A DNA stretch of 64,000 nucleotides from Octopus bimaculoides (Eukaryota). Both the position numbers and the translations under genes were made by a program. This document shows, one piece after another, positions 13,957 through 26,989 of this stretch. The stretch spans positions 86,881,207-86,945,206 of the forward strand of contig NC_068984.1 of NCBI RefSeq assembly GCF_001194135.2. The letters are read 5' to 3'. The notes beneath the pieces are model-generated. The model had not been told where the DNA came from, did not search any database, and saw nothing but the letters and a program-made list of their open reading frames with translations. Within the stretch, counting starts at the first letter, position 1, and every line of letters begins with the position of its first letter.

Positions 13957-14124
13957 GCTATGGAACTAAAGGCATTGATGGCATAAAGAAGCATCCATTT
14001 TTTGCATCAATTGATTGGGACAAATTGTTACGGCGAGAGGTGTACCCACCTTTTAAACCAGCTGTTGTACGTGCTGATGAGGCATTTTATTTTGATTCAG
14101 AGTTTACATCGCAGGCTCCTAAAG
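13957..14124 (+). CDS. RPS6KA: p90 RSK exon (AGC C-tail): YGTKGIDGIKKHPFFASIDWDKLLRREVYPPFKPAVVRADEAFYFDSEFTSQAPK(D)
   Basis: tcttag acceptor, gtttga donor at 14125; 168 nt, phase 1 to 1; HPFF, IDW and PPFKP AGC motifs. Confidence 0.96.
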
Positions 14125-14611
14125 GTTTGATCTGTTAGTTGAACTTTATTTATTCCTATTTTTATTTTTATTTTACTATAACAATTGGTGGAGCTTGAAA
14201 ACTTTTATATCTTTAAAAATGCTGCCATTTTAAAGATTCTGTAATGTTTCAGTAAGTTGTTTTGACCCCCTCACTTCACTGTATTAATATATAGGATGTT
14301 TTATTGTACTATCATAATTTGGTTGAATATAAGTTACATACAGTAGTTTTATTGAATAATGCATAACAGTTTGAAGAAAAATAAACTAAAATTTGCCTTG
14401 GTTGTTTAATAGCTTCAATGGAAACATTAATGTCCACTTTTCCATCCTTTCATGGGTTGGACAGAATTTGTTGAAACAGATTTTCTACAGCCAGTTGCTG
14501 TTCCTGTTACCAACCCTCACTGGTTTCCAGGCTAGGTAATATTTCCACATGGAAAACTGGAAACGAACAACATTGCTTGTATGCTCATTTATAATTATTA
14601 CATGTGTGCGT

Positions 14612-14652
<41 letters not shown>

Positions 14653-15056
14653 ATATATATGTACAAGAGGTTTCCATACATGCATATACATATATGTGAT
14701 ATATATGTACAACAGGTTTCCACTCAGTTTCTATCTACCAAGTCCACTCACAAGGCATTGGTCAGCCTAATGACTCTAGTAAACGATACATCCCCAGGAC
14801 AACATTCTGGAACTGAACTGGAGACCATATGGTTGGGAAGCAAGCTTCTTAATCACACAGCCACATCTGTGCCTATAACACCATTTCACTTTCATGAATA
14901 TAATTAAAGTAATGAAGCTTAATTGAAATATAGTTTATAACTTTGTCACCATCATTTTACATCTGCTTGTCATTCTTACATAGAAAACAGGTTAAAGCTT
15001 ATACAGTTCATGTTTTTAATTATCAAAAACTAATATCTTTTTTTCTTCTGTCATAG

Positions 15057-15190
15057 ATTCTCCAGGCATTCCAGTTAGTGCGCAAGACCATCAACTTTTC
15101 CGGGGTTTTAGTTTTGTGGCCCCTTGCTTATTGGAGACTGAATCTGATTTAATAACTAAGAACCTGGGACCAACGGATAGCCTTCTGAAG
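15057..15190 (+). CDS. RPS6KA: p90 RSK exon (turn and hydrophobic motifs): SPGIPVSAQDHQLFRGFSFVAPCLLETESDLITKNLGPTDSLLK
   Basis: tcatag acceptor, gtaagt donor at 15191; 134 nt, phase 1 to 0; DSP turn motif and FRGFSF hydrophobic motif. Confidence 0.96.
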
Positions 15191-15962
15191 GTAAGTCAGT
15201 CATATTTTTCATAGTGTTCTCTTTGAATGAAACTTTGGATAATATCTTTGAGTGTGTGATAGCCATAGAAGGATTTTGTTTCAACAAATACAGGCTCTTA
15301 TTTTTATAATTATATAATTTCTGGTTGGAATGATTCCTCTTTGTTTAAATGGTGATTGCAGTGAATCATTATTAATGATATTTTTCCATTAGGCCTTAAT
15401 ATATAGTCTGTGTCCCATGATATTAAAGTGTGACTTTTTTCATAGTTTACATTGCATAATTTTTTGTAATAATAAAGTATCAAATTATCTATTTTCTGGA
15501 AGTGATACTCTTCTTAAACCATAATTGATCAAAAAACAAGAATTACTTGCAAAGGCTGGCCAAAACAATTTGTAAATCTATTATACTTTTCCAAAGTTAC
15601 CGTAATCTAATGTTGATCTTGCTAAATATCTTGATTTCTACTTAAATTCACTATTTAGCTGACAATGGCTAGATTGCATACTGTTGCAATTTTAGAAAAG
15701 AACAAAAAATTCTTATCTATCACATTCTATATTTAGTTTGTTCTGTATTTGTACAAGTCATTGTTTACTGATTTAAGTAAACAGTGTTTGAATTAAGTAT
15801 ATAGCATGCTACAAAAATTCATCATAACTGTAATTAGAAAAAAACCAACTTGTTTATGTTGATTTGTAATCAGAAACCTTAGTTCCCTGTTAGAGTTAAA
15901 ATTGTATTTTTAAACTATTTGTTATCAAAAGAGGTATATTATTTTCTTGCTTTTTTTTTTAG

Positions 15963-16013
15963 CTTCCTGGTGTGAAACATACTCCATTCACTGATGAATA
16001 TGAATTAAAACAG
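15963..16013 (+). CDS. RPS6KA: p90 RSK small exon: LPGVKHTPFTDEYELKQ
   Basis: Poly-T ag acceptor, gtatat donor at 16014; 51 nt, phase 0 to 0; FTDEYELK matches the start of the CTKD and is required to bridge the flanking exons. Confidence 0.92.
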
Positions 16014-16040
16014 GTATATATATTATTATCATTATTTTTA

Positions 16041-16466
16041 TAGGTGGTGAACTTCCAGAATCTTTAGCATTTTGAAAAAAATGCTTAGTGGCATTTCTTG
16101 TCTTCATGTACTGAGTTCAAATTCCACTGAGGTCAACTTTGCTTTTCATCCTTTTGAGATTAATAAATCAAGTACCACTTGAGTCCTAGGGTTGATGTAA
16201 TCGACTATCCTCCTCCCCCAAAGTTCCAGACCTTGTGCTTATAGTAGAAAAGCTTATTAACTGGTGGAATCATTACTGTACCAACAAAATGTTTAATAGC
16301 ATGTCTTCTAGCTCTTTACATTCTAAGTTCAGATGTTGCTGAGATTAACTTTGCCTTTCATCCTTTTGGGTCAATAAAATAAATACCAGTTGAGTACTGG
16401 AGTCTACCCTTCCACTCAAAATTGATGGTTTTGTGCCTAAATTAGAAAGAATTATTATTATTATTA
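16041..16466 (+). mobile_element. Tandem pair of SINE family A copies
   Basis: Two consecutive units, each with gagttcaaatt/aagttcagat, tttgc(c/t)tttcatcctt and a tagaaa(g)(att)n tail; further plus copies at about 22998, 23763, 32781, 57770 and 59178. Confidence 0.75.
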
Positions 16467-17510
16467 AATCATTCCTTTATTTTGTGAAAATATTATTCCT
16501 TCCATTATAATTTATTTCTCAAAATATTCTCTATAAATTCATTATCAATTGTATAATGTTATATTCTATAAAATAATTTAAGACATGCATAAGTTTGTTT
16601 TGTTATTATTACCTGGAACAGCAATGTAATACCATTGATAGACATGTCTAAAAATATCTTCAAGGTATAGCTATTCATAGTTGCTGAAAATAACATGATC
16701 TGGGGTTTGATTAAATCCCCATTATCATCCTATTGTTCATGTTCTCTTGCAATATGTACTTTTACATAACAACTCCAACTACACATAAATTTGGATTCTG
16801 TCTTTCTAGGAGATAGATTTACTGTTGCATAAAACATTCAAAACTGCAATCCTCGTATGTTCTATTAAAGAACACCACTTTGTATCACACATTTAGAATA
16901 TTTAAAAAGAATTAAGATTAACTATTTTATGCTTCTCTTCTAACTTTTCTGCACATTTTGACAATGCCAATTGAGCAATGACCTTGTTAACACATGCCAA
17001 CAATATACAAACCATGCATGGTATTATAAGGTATTATAATCATTTTCATTCAGATGTATAAAATGAAATTTTAAATCTTCACAATGAAATAAAGAGCAAC
17101 TAGCCATAAGCACATAAGTATGTTAGCAGTGCATCTGAAAGATATATTATAAACCCTAAACCTAACTTGTCTAAATAATATCTGCAGAAAAGAAAAAAAA
17201 TTTGTAAAATAAGATAGTTTTGTGTTCTTTAATGAAAGAAGTGAGTTTTGGCCATGTACTTATCTTATTTACAAACTTAATTTCCTTTGATCCTGTTATT
17301 TAACACTTCAAAAATAATGCAAATGACTGATCCATGAACAACAGAAATCAAAATACTTTTGCAATCTATCAGAAAGTTGGGATGTATTTTGTAATAAATA
17401 TTATTGAACAGTTGTTAAATAAAAATGTACTAAAGGAAGGTGATAAATTTATAATTAGATTTCCTACAAATTTAAAGTTAACTTTCTTTTGGTCATTCTT
17501 GCCATATTTA

Positions 17511-17545
<35 letters not shown>

Positions 17546-18465
17546 ACCCCATTTCATTTCATTCAGTATTCACCTACTTTTTCATTCTTGGTGCTGCACT
17601 TTGTCAGTTTTGTTTTTATTATCTAGCATATTCCTTGCTACAGCCACATGTTATACAAGCTAGTACAGTGTACTGTATTGCATCGTATGTCAACAGGGCT
17701 TTCCCAGACCCATATTCCATTAGAAAGAGGAAGCATGCCATCAACACTGATGTACTTCTTCTTCCTTCTGTGGAGAAATGACTTTCCTGCTGTTACTTCT
17801 ACTTGACTCAGATGATATGAATTTTCACTCTTCCTTAACTTTAAATGCATAAATATCTACTTGCAATATTGATACCTCATACTGCTGTCAATGCTTCCAA
17901 GAGTACATCATCCAATGGAGGCCTGATAGCCTAATTATATCAAAGAAACAGTTTATATTTTCTTTACTCAAGAAAATTATGCAGCTAAAATCTTGCAAAT
18001 TCACTATAAATATATAGTCTTTGATGATCTGTCATGATAACTGCACAATCTATAACATCTGTATCTCAAAACTGTATCTCAAAGGTTAGAGACTGCTTCA
18101 GCTCTGTACAGTTACTGACCTACTACAAATTGCCTGTATGATTTTCATTTTAATTGATTAATGCCCCACTCTTGTAACTGTAGCCTTCTAGGACCCCCTC
18201 TCTTCTTCATGTTTATCCTATAGGTATCTTCAACCTAAAGATGTTCGTGCAGAACATCAATCACAAAAATATTAGAAAAGAATCTGTTTTTGTGAGAGAA
18301 AGCAAGGTTACTTGCTTTTTCATGAAGCACAGATAATATTGATAAAATCAGTTTTATTTTCTAATAATTTCTATCATTGATAATTAGCTAAATGAATTAT
18401 GTTTTAGTTTTTTTTTTTGTTTCATTTTAATATTGAATATACTTGTAATATTTTTTCCCTCCAAG

Positions 18466-18540
18466 GATATTGGTATTGGTTCATACTCTGTTTGCAAATG
18501 GTGTGTTCATAAGGCTACTGGTCAAGATTATGCAGTGAAA
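18466..18540 (+). CDS. RPS6KA: p90 RSK exon (CTKD Gly loop to VAIK lysine): [25 protein letters not shown]
   Basis: ccaag acceptor, gtaagt donor at 18541; 75 nt, phase 0 to 0. Confidence 0.96.
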
Positions 18541-19660
18541 GTAAGTTTTATTCATTTTTGACTTTGATCAATTTTAAAATGTTAAGTCAAAGAAAACAAG
18601 TTTCCTCTTATCTTTTATCATTATATCATACCAAAGTTGGTCATACATGCTGACAAAAAAATTAATTTTCAATATAGGTAGATTGGAGCAAGCAATGTAT
18701 TTTTGTCATTGACACAATAGTTTTGTCTTATCACTTCTTAGTCAGATGACTGTTCTCTTTTGCTATATGCTGCTTTGCTAGTGTGTTCTTTTATGAATGC
18801 AAAGTATTTCAAGTAATTTTGTTTCCCTATTTATTCATCTGTTTAATTATAGTAAGCTAAAAAGATACTAAGAATTTTAAAATAACAAGTAAGTTTTACT
18901 TATGAAACTTGTGAAAATTTTTGTGCTTTGGGACTAATATTAGTGATTTTAAAAAATGGGGGAAAATACCCCAAAATGGATATCAACTATATATTTAGTT
19001 CCACCTTACACATCAACTAGCAAATAATATGATTCTATCTTCAAAGTGTGGTTGCTTTAGAAAAGGTTTCATTTGGTTATTTATGGCTTATTACTTAGTC
19101 TGTGTCTAAGATGCTTAGATAACCTGTTATCCATTAATGCTCTTTGAAATTGTGTTGGAATAGATCACTATCAAATCTAAAAAAAGAAATTTGAGGATTA
19201 AGGAAGCCATTCATCTTTAAAAATTAAATCCTACCATCTACAACATGCAAGAGTTGCATGACACCAGGTGGCTAATTTAACACTACACAGTTGTGCATGC
19301 ACCACCTCTGCATATCTATGCAGATATAGAGCTATGCTCAGTCTCTACTTTCTTTTGATAAAGGCTTTTTGAAGCTGAAATATAATACTATTAAGAAACT
19401 TTTGTTTTAATTTTTACTCATTCTTAATGAGCATGTATTAGTTTTCTAAAGTTTCATACATATAATGTCTATATCTATCTATCTATCTATCTATCTGTCT
19501 GTCTGTCTAACACACGTGCATGTGCACGCTAGCACATGCAGATATATATGTATATGTATATGACAATAGTTATTGTAAATGAAAGTTTTTATGTAATGAC
19601 TTTGAAATACTTAATATTGCACGTTAAATATTTCCCTTACCTAGTATTTCTGTTTTACAG

Positions 19661-19750
19661 ATAATGGATCGAGAGCAACGTGATCCTCAAGAAGAAATTG
19701 AAATTCTTCTTCGGTTTGGACATCATCCAAACATAATTACATTAAGAGAT
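19661..19750 (+). CDS. RPS6KA: p90 RSK exon: [30 protein letters not shown]
   Basis: ttacag acceptor, gtatga donor at 19751; 90 nt, phase 0 to 0; EEIEILLR and HPNIITL motifs. Confidence 0.96.
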
Positions 19751-21489
19751 GTATGAATTTATTTTCGTTTTAAACCAGTATTTTATACACTTTTTTTTCC
19801 ATGTTTTTCTTTTTCATTATGATTGGTTTAATGAGTTCTATGCTGGCATTAGTTCTATATATCTTCAGTATTTCCCATTGTTATGAATGTGAATGTATTG
19901 AAGGGGGCTTCTCTCACCTAGGTCTCCTTGTGACAGAAAAGAGGCAAGGCCAAGTATGTTTGAAAGAGATAACAGAGTGCAAAGTTGTCGAGAGTGTCAC
20001 CTATACTAGACTTAATAGGACTCTTATTCTATTTGTAAGTTTGATGGATGACCGTTGGCTTCTTTTTGGGAAGAAAAAAAAAGTGGGGGGAGGTAAAATT
20101 TTGATGAAAATGGATGGTGGTGGGGAGAAGAAGCCGATACATGATCCCTATTAATCGGCTTCCTTTTTTTTCCACAATCTCTTTTGATCGAAATTCTCCC
20201 CCCCCCCTTTTTTCCCTTCCCAAAAAGTAAAGCTCTACTTTATATTTTGTCCCCTCTGTGTTCAACCCTGTGTGGCTAATAAACATACTTGTTGATCCCA
20301 TTTATAGGCCTGTATTATTTGTCCTTTCAAAGTATCTGTTCACCCTCCACACAATCAAAAGTCCTCAAGATAACATTGCCAGTTTTGTCACTGACAGTCC
20401 AACAACGAAAGAGTTGTGGCTTACATGATTACCAGTAGCAGATAATTTTTCATCCAACCTGACACTAAGACTATAATTGGGAGCTAACAAACTTAATGTG
20501 AAACCTAAAAAAATTTAAGTCAATTAAAATTACATCCATAGTTAAGGCAAGGGAAACAACTTTGAAATCCAAATTTATTCAAAATTAAATGGAGGCATGC
20601 TGGAAAGAGTAAGTCTGATCATTGATAAGCAAAGTGACAATTCTTGACATGTTCTGTATTATTGAATTTCTTCAGTGAAGTATGGTCTTACTTTTAGTAA
20701 CCAGATCTTGTAACGGTTGAGAGATAACAAAGAATGTTGAGTGAAAAAAAAACTTTCACCCATTAGACAATTTAAATGATATAGAGAATATCAGCTCATA
20801 ATTAATTGTTTGTCATACAGAAGGCAGGCCTGAGAAGCTTTCCCCTTGGTCGTTATTGTCTTTAGTCATTGGTTACATACTTAAACGAAATCTCCTGAAA
20901 CTCCTAATATTGCTTTTATGAAGAGATTATGTTTTGAACTTATTGATTTAATAAATTCATCCAGTTTTCATCATAAATCACATTATTATTATCCAAAATA
21001 TTAATATCACATCCAGCATCCAAGAACTTGAAAGTTTGATATAAACATCAACCAATCATCAACAATCTCAGTGGGCCTGCGAGGACTATAAGCTCTGTCC
21101 CTTTTTTAAAAAAAAAATTTTTTGGACTAAATCTTCTTAAAGATCCTTTTTGAAAAGTTTTAAAATTTTTATTTTATGAATCATTTTTCTGCAGTTTCCA
21201 GATTCTTTCTCTTATCAGCAATAAATAATGTGAATATAGTTCTTAAGTAAATCACCTCAGTTCCTCTACATTCATTTTAAGATATGATGAATCTGTAATG
21301 GATTTTCAATTCTTTATTGAATATAATGTTTTCCTTTAACAACAATTGAAAATTATCACTTCCACAATATCAACTACATAGAGTTTGGCTGGATTACTGA
21401 TATAGGTATTATGTTACAATGATGTAGACTAAGTTGTAGATATATAGCAAAACATTTTGATGCATAGTGATATATATTATTACCAACTA

Positions 21490-21620
21490 TTTATCCCGCA
21501 AGCATAAGTGAAAGCAGGATATTGTAATTACTTGTCTTTGTCTGTGTGTTTGCAAAATGGCTGAATGGATTTTCATCAAATTTGGTAGCAATCCTCATCA
21601 GGTGAGTGGCTCGAAATGAT
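21490..21620. mobile_element. Possible Helentron-associated (HINE/DINE-like) non-autonomous element 5' end
   Basis: Short hairpin tatcccgc...gcaggata followed by gtctgtgtgt and ggattttcatcaaatttggt; extent unclear. Confidence 0.3.
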
Positions 21621-22677
21621 GAAAATTGGTTTGATTATCTTCAAAACTGCAGGCAGATGAATCAAAATGTTTTGATTGCAGATTTTTAGCAAAAGAATTG
21701 ATGTGTATGCAGGGCATGCTTCGTTTTGGCATGTTCTCAGCACAAGAATCTATTACTAGCACATGAAAACATGTATTATGTCTATTAAATACTATTTATT
21801 TCTCACCAGATGGAGTACATTTTTTGTTGATCTTACCATCACAGAATTCAACCCTCGTCTGCTTGTGTATAAATCATGCTGTACCTATGCATGTAGACAC
21901 GTGAGGGTACATATACATAAATACATAGATATGCGATTGAGTGTGTTTGTACAGTGATGGATTCGAGGGTTTTGTTTATTATGAGTTGAAATTTAATTTC
22001 ACTGGAGTATAAATACCTATAATGGTAATACTTAAAAAAATTTTTTTAATTTTTAAAAAATTGAACTTACAAATTTCCCAATAAGCGAGTGGTCATATTA
22101 TGTCCTACAATGAACTACAATATGTTTGATTCGCCTACCATCATTGAAAGATGTTGAAAACACTTCTCAAATTCTATGCAACATTTTCTATAAGTGTTTC
22201 ATTTTGTTCTTTGTTTTCTTTTTCATAATCATGATTATTATTTGAATAATCAATTATTTAGTCATATGCAAATTTTACTCGTGTTTGGTGTAGACATTGA
22301 TCAAGTCTACTTTTAGCTGTCATCTTCTTAGGTTTCTAATCCTATTTTAGTAAAACACTTACAAAGCTTAATTCAATTCAATTAAAAAGCAGGAGCTAGC
22401 AACGCATTGTAACACACACTATAATTTGCAAAAAAAATTTGTGTGCAGGGTATGCATCACCCTTCTGATGCCTTTCTTTTTCATTTGGTTTATTTCTACT
22501 GTTATGCTTTCAATATACAATTGTTTTAGTCTCAATACACAATCTCAGATAAAATCACTTACCAAAGATGTACAACACAATTTTTGTGCTTTTTTTTTTT
22601 GTTTTTGCAAGTTTATTCTACAATATTTGTAATTTTATTTTATATACAAAATAAATTGTGTACTTTTTATCTGCCAG

Positions 22678-22836
22678 GTGTTTGTCAATGGGAATAAGGT
22701 ATACATGGTAACTGAGCTTATGAAAGGTGGAGAACTTTTGGACAAAATTCTCCGACAGTTATTTTTTTCTGAGCGTGAAGCAAGTGCTGTTTTGCAAGTA
22801 ATTTCTGAAGCTGTTCACTATTTACATTTGAATGGA
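22678..22836 (+). CDS. RPS6KA: p90 RSK exon: [53 protein letters not shown]
   Basis: gccag acceptor, gtaagt donor at 22837; 159 nt, phase 0 to 0; gatekeeper VTELM and GGELLDKIL. Confidence 0.97.
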
Positions 22837-24164
22837 GTAAGTATCTATCCAATATTTATATCTTTTCTCCTCTTCATCATCATGGTGGTTATCATTATTG
22901 CTTTTTCATTTTCTTTTCCTATTGTTGAGTTCAGTTGGATAGGTTCTTAAACTGCGGCTTATATGTGAACCCTAAGGTTTGTGATAGTAGCATACTTGCG
23001 AGCTGACAGAATTGTTAGCACACTCAATAAAATGCTTAGTAGCATTTTGTCTGTCTTTACTTTCTGAGTTCAAATGCTGAGGAGGTTAATTTTGTCTTTC
23101 AATAATATAGTGTGGACATATAGTATCAGAGATGATATGGTAACATGAAAAGTGTTAAAGCATTTCAAGTAACTTGTCAACTTGCAATTATGAGTGAAAA
23201 TTGACATTTACTGTCTTGAGGAATCCTTCAGCATGTACATACTGTAGGAGACCAAGCTCATTCCTTAACAAATAAAACAAGAAAAGATGGAAATGAGCTA
23301 GCCAGTTTCTGTTATTTGTCCTTCTTTTCATCTTTGTGGAGTTGATTCAATAAAAACTATACATCCTGATGTAGGAAATCATTCTCTTTTCCTTTTTAAT
23401 ATTCAACTTTTGCAGAAATGTTTAGCTGCATTTCAACTTGGAAGATTCTTTGAATAAAATATTTTTAAATGAAATATAAAAATGTCATTTTCTTAGTTTT
23501 GAGCCTTATGAAGACATTAAAATGTTTGTATAATGCTTCCCAAGAAGTATACATTTAATGACTTAACAGTATAATATTAGCCAGCATTTGTAATCAAATT
23601 TTGAATCAATACTTATTAGAAGACCTTTCTTCACTTGGGTACACAATAGTGACTCTTGTTATTAAGCTATTCTATTCAAATTAGATTATTTACTCCATTG
23701 AAAATGATCCATTTGATTCTTTCACCAGTTAAATCTCTTTCTTTATATTATAACAGAAAATAAGGCAGTGAGCTGGCAGAATCATTAGCAAGCTCAAAAT
23801 ATTGCTTATCAGCATTTCGTCTGTCTTTACTTTCTGAGTTCAAATGCTGCAGAAAGCAATTTTGCCTTTCATCTTTTGGGGTTGATAAAAATAAATATCT
23901 GTTTTGTAACTGACTACTTCTCCCATAATTTCATGCCCTGTACCTATAATAGAAAAGAATATTTTAAAGAGTTAAATTCTACTGAAAGTATATAACTTGA
24001 TGAAAATATCTAAAGAAGTAATAGTGTATCTGTGTTTTATTGATTATTACTTATGAAAAAGAGTGCAATTCTTTGTAATTTTTGTTAATAGTTTATTTGT
24101 GCTCTATGTTGTATGAATAAAATAATCATTTTTACCCTTTTATTTTTCAAAAATCTTAACCCAG

Positions 24165-24326
24165 GTAGTCCATCGAGATCTGAAGCCTTCCAATATTCTT
24201 TATGCTGATAAATCTGGTTCGCCACATGCTTTGCGTATCTGTGACTTTGGTTTTGCTAAACAACTGAGAGCTGATAATGGTCTCCTTATGACTCCTTGTT
24301 ACACTGCCAACTTTGTTGCTCCTGAG
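24165..24326 (+). CDS. RPS6KA: p90 RSK exon (CTKD HRD, DFG, activation loop): [54 protein letters not shown]
   Basis: cccag acceptor, gtcagc donor at 24327; 162 nt, phase 0 to 0; LMTPCY ERK site. Confidence 0.97.
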
Positions 24327-25709
24327 GTCAGCATTATTTACTTTTAACAAGTCAATTTACAAATTATTTATGTATGTAACAAATATTTTCACTGACTGAT
24401 GTGTCTCGTATATTTTTAGATTGGAATTTTTAAAAACATTATTTATGAAATTGTCATTTTTGAATTGTTTATAATTCCTATTGGGTTTCGTTTTTCTATA
24501 GCAGTTTTAATGAGAGTAATTGGTAAATGTAAATTTCATTCTATTGTGATAGTCATGCTTTTTTTTCTTTTTTTTTTATTATGATTTGAAATCGTATTGT
24601 CAGTAATTTCTTAATTTTTTTTTTTTATTTGAAAGTATTAAATGTAATAATAGTAGTTGTAGTAGAGGATAGATGACTGAAGTTCACTTGTTGACTCAAA
24701 AGAAAGTATAGATGATATATGTGTCCTAAAATATGTATTTCTGAAAAAAAAAGGTGTTTGAGCAAAAAACAATACTTGAGAGAAGAGGCAAGTAGTTCAA
24801 GTTGATTTTAGTTAACTTAGCATAATCAGAAAGTTGAATGAAGCAGAGAATATCTTAGTTATGATAGAACAGAGCCAGCACAATTCTGTGGTGGGCTGTT
24901 GCGTATAATCTTGCCTATCAAGTAAATGTTTTCTTAGATTTGATTTTAAGATGTGATTCTGTTGATGGAATGCCTCTGATGTATGTAGGCTGTTGCTATA
25001 GTTTTGTATGTAATACTGATTATGTGAAATATTTGGAAGCTTTTTTCTACTTTTGTAGAGATTGGGATAATTGGACCTGTATATGTTGAATTGTTGTTGT
25101 TTAGCTCTTAAATCAGCTCTGATCAAGCAGACCTAAGATTGAAAGTATTCCTGTCATGACCATCTCACCTTTTGGCAGATTTGGTTTACATTGCCCAATG
25201 TATCCTACTTTTTACATGTTAGAGAGTATGAGTAGAGGAAGATTTGGCTGCTATTTCTTACAGATCAAACAGCCACGTAGAAGTTCTCTTGGTTGCTTAT
25301 GTTGGCTTGTTTTCACAAGATGTGTAAACTTTGTATTTTGATAGTTTTAGATCCATTTTTAAGTTAAATAGAAAATTTGAGCACGTTTCTTATGTGTGTG
25401 AGTATTTGTTTATATGATATATATGTATAGATATACAAGCATTTACCTCTTAAGATATCTTTATCTTGATATAATTAGATTTTAGCATGTAAATTTTTTT
25501 GCATAAATTCTGACAATTTCAGTTTTTGATGAACTTGTGTATCCATTTTTTCATAGAAAGGAAAATTGACTTCTCAAAACACAAACATTTTAATATATCT
25601 TATCTTGCATATTTCATTTTATCTCTTTTCCACCCACAGCATTAATATATTTCGCATTTAATTTTATTCAGTTCTCTTTTCAACCTGTTTTTTATTATAA
25701 TTTTTGTAG

Positions 25710-25786
25710 GTTTTAAAGCGCCAAGGATATGATGCTGCCTGTGATATCTGGAGTTTGGGTGTGTTATTGTATACTATGTTAGCAGG
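25710..25786 (+). CDS. RPS6KA: p90 RSK exon: VLKRQGYDAACDIWSLGVLLYTMLA(G)
   Basis: ttgtag acceptor, gtaggt donor at 25787; 77 nt, phase 0 to 2. Confidence 0.97.
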
Positions 25787-26769
25787 GTAGGTACACCAAC
25801 TGTTATTTGTTGCTAGAACAATTGTTATTTGTTCGTACCTGGCACATAATACAGCTAAAATCACAAAAAGCACATGCAATTAAAATATAGCTAATATCAT
25901 ATCTGATTTGATCTGTTCTGTGACACTACATTTTCCCCTCACCTTCTGTGCATAGGCACTTGTCAGAATGCAACTCCAACACCGTTAGGTATCATCATCA
26001 TTTGATGTCCACTTTTCCATGCTTGCAGGAGTCAGAGTTTATTTGAGACAGATTTTCTATGGCTGGATGCTCATCCTGTTACTAACTCTCACCTGTTTTC
26101 AATCAGAAGTTAATATTTCCCCATGACCAGGCATGTTCTCATAGAAATGAATGACACTGCTTGTATGACAGTGACACTCATTTACAACTATTACATGATG
26201 TCAAGATAAGGAGGCATAAACACACATACGCATGCATGCATGCTCACACACACATTCACACGCATGCATGCTCACACACACACACACACACACGTATTAA
26301 TGACAGGCTTCTTTTAGTTTCCACTAATAAGGCTTTTGTTGGCCCAGATACCAGTGTCACACAAATGGCACATAAAAGCACCTTTCAAGCATTGGGCTTT
26401 GAGGAGACACGGACTGAGATCATTTGGCATTATGCCGTGTTTGAGAAGAAGTCCCATCAAGCCAAGTAAAACTGCAATCGTGGCAGATACCGGTGTCATG
26501 CAAATGGCACCTATGCTGGTGGCACATAAAAGCACCCATTACACTCTCAGAGTGGTTGGCGTTAGGAAGGGCATCCAGCCATAGAAACCATGCCAAAACA
26601 GACTGGTGTCTGGCACAGCCCTGGTCAAACTGTCCAACCCATGCCAGCATGGACAACATGTGAAATGATGATTATACCCAGACTCCATACTAAATACACT
26701 AATTCTTCCTTCTTTGAATAGCATCTCTCTAGAACTCCTTTATGTCTATTTTTGCTCTTCAGACATTAA

Positions 26770-26989
26770 CCCTTTAGCATTTAAACCAGCCATTTCTGGC
26801 CCAAATATTCTACTTGTTTTATCTTCAAACTTGCCAGATCTGGCTTCTCATACCGTTTCTACATTGTCATTTTAAAAATAAACAATCACATCATCAAAAT
26901 ATTGAAACTGCAAGATAATGTTTGGTTAATTAAAAACAAAGTGAATATATAAGCATTACATTTGACCGATAAATCTGAATGCTAAAGGG
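26770..26989. mobile_element. piggyBac-like MITE (second family)
   Basis: TTAA TSDs at 26766-26769 and 26990-26993; perfect 12-bp TIR CCCTTTAGCATT. Confidence 0.8.

Noticed and set aside
20130-20162. 9-bp perfect inverted repeat gaagccgat/atcggcttc
   Set aside because: Short, and lies in what looks like a retroelement 3' UTR; no independent function evident
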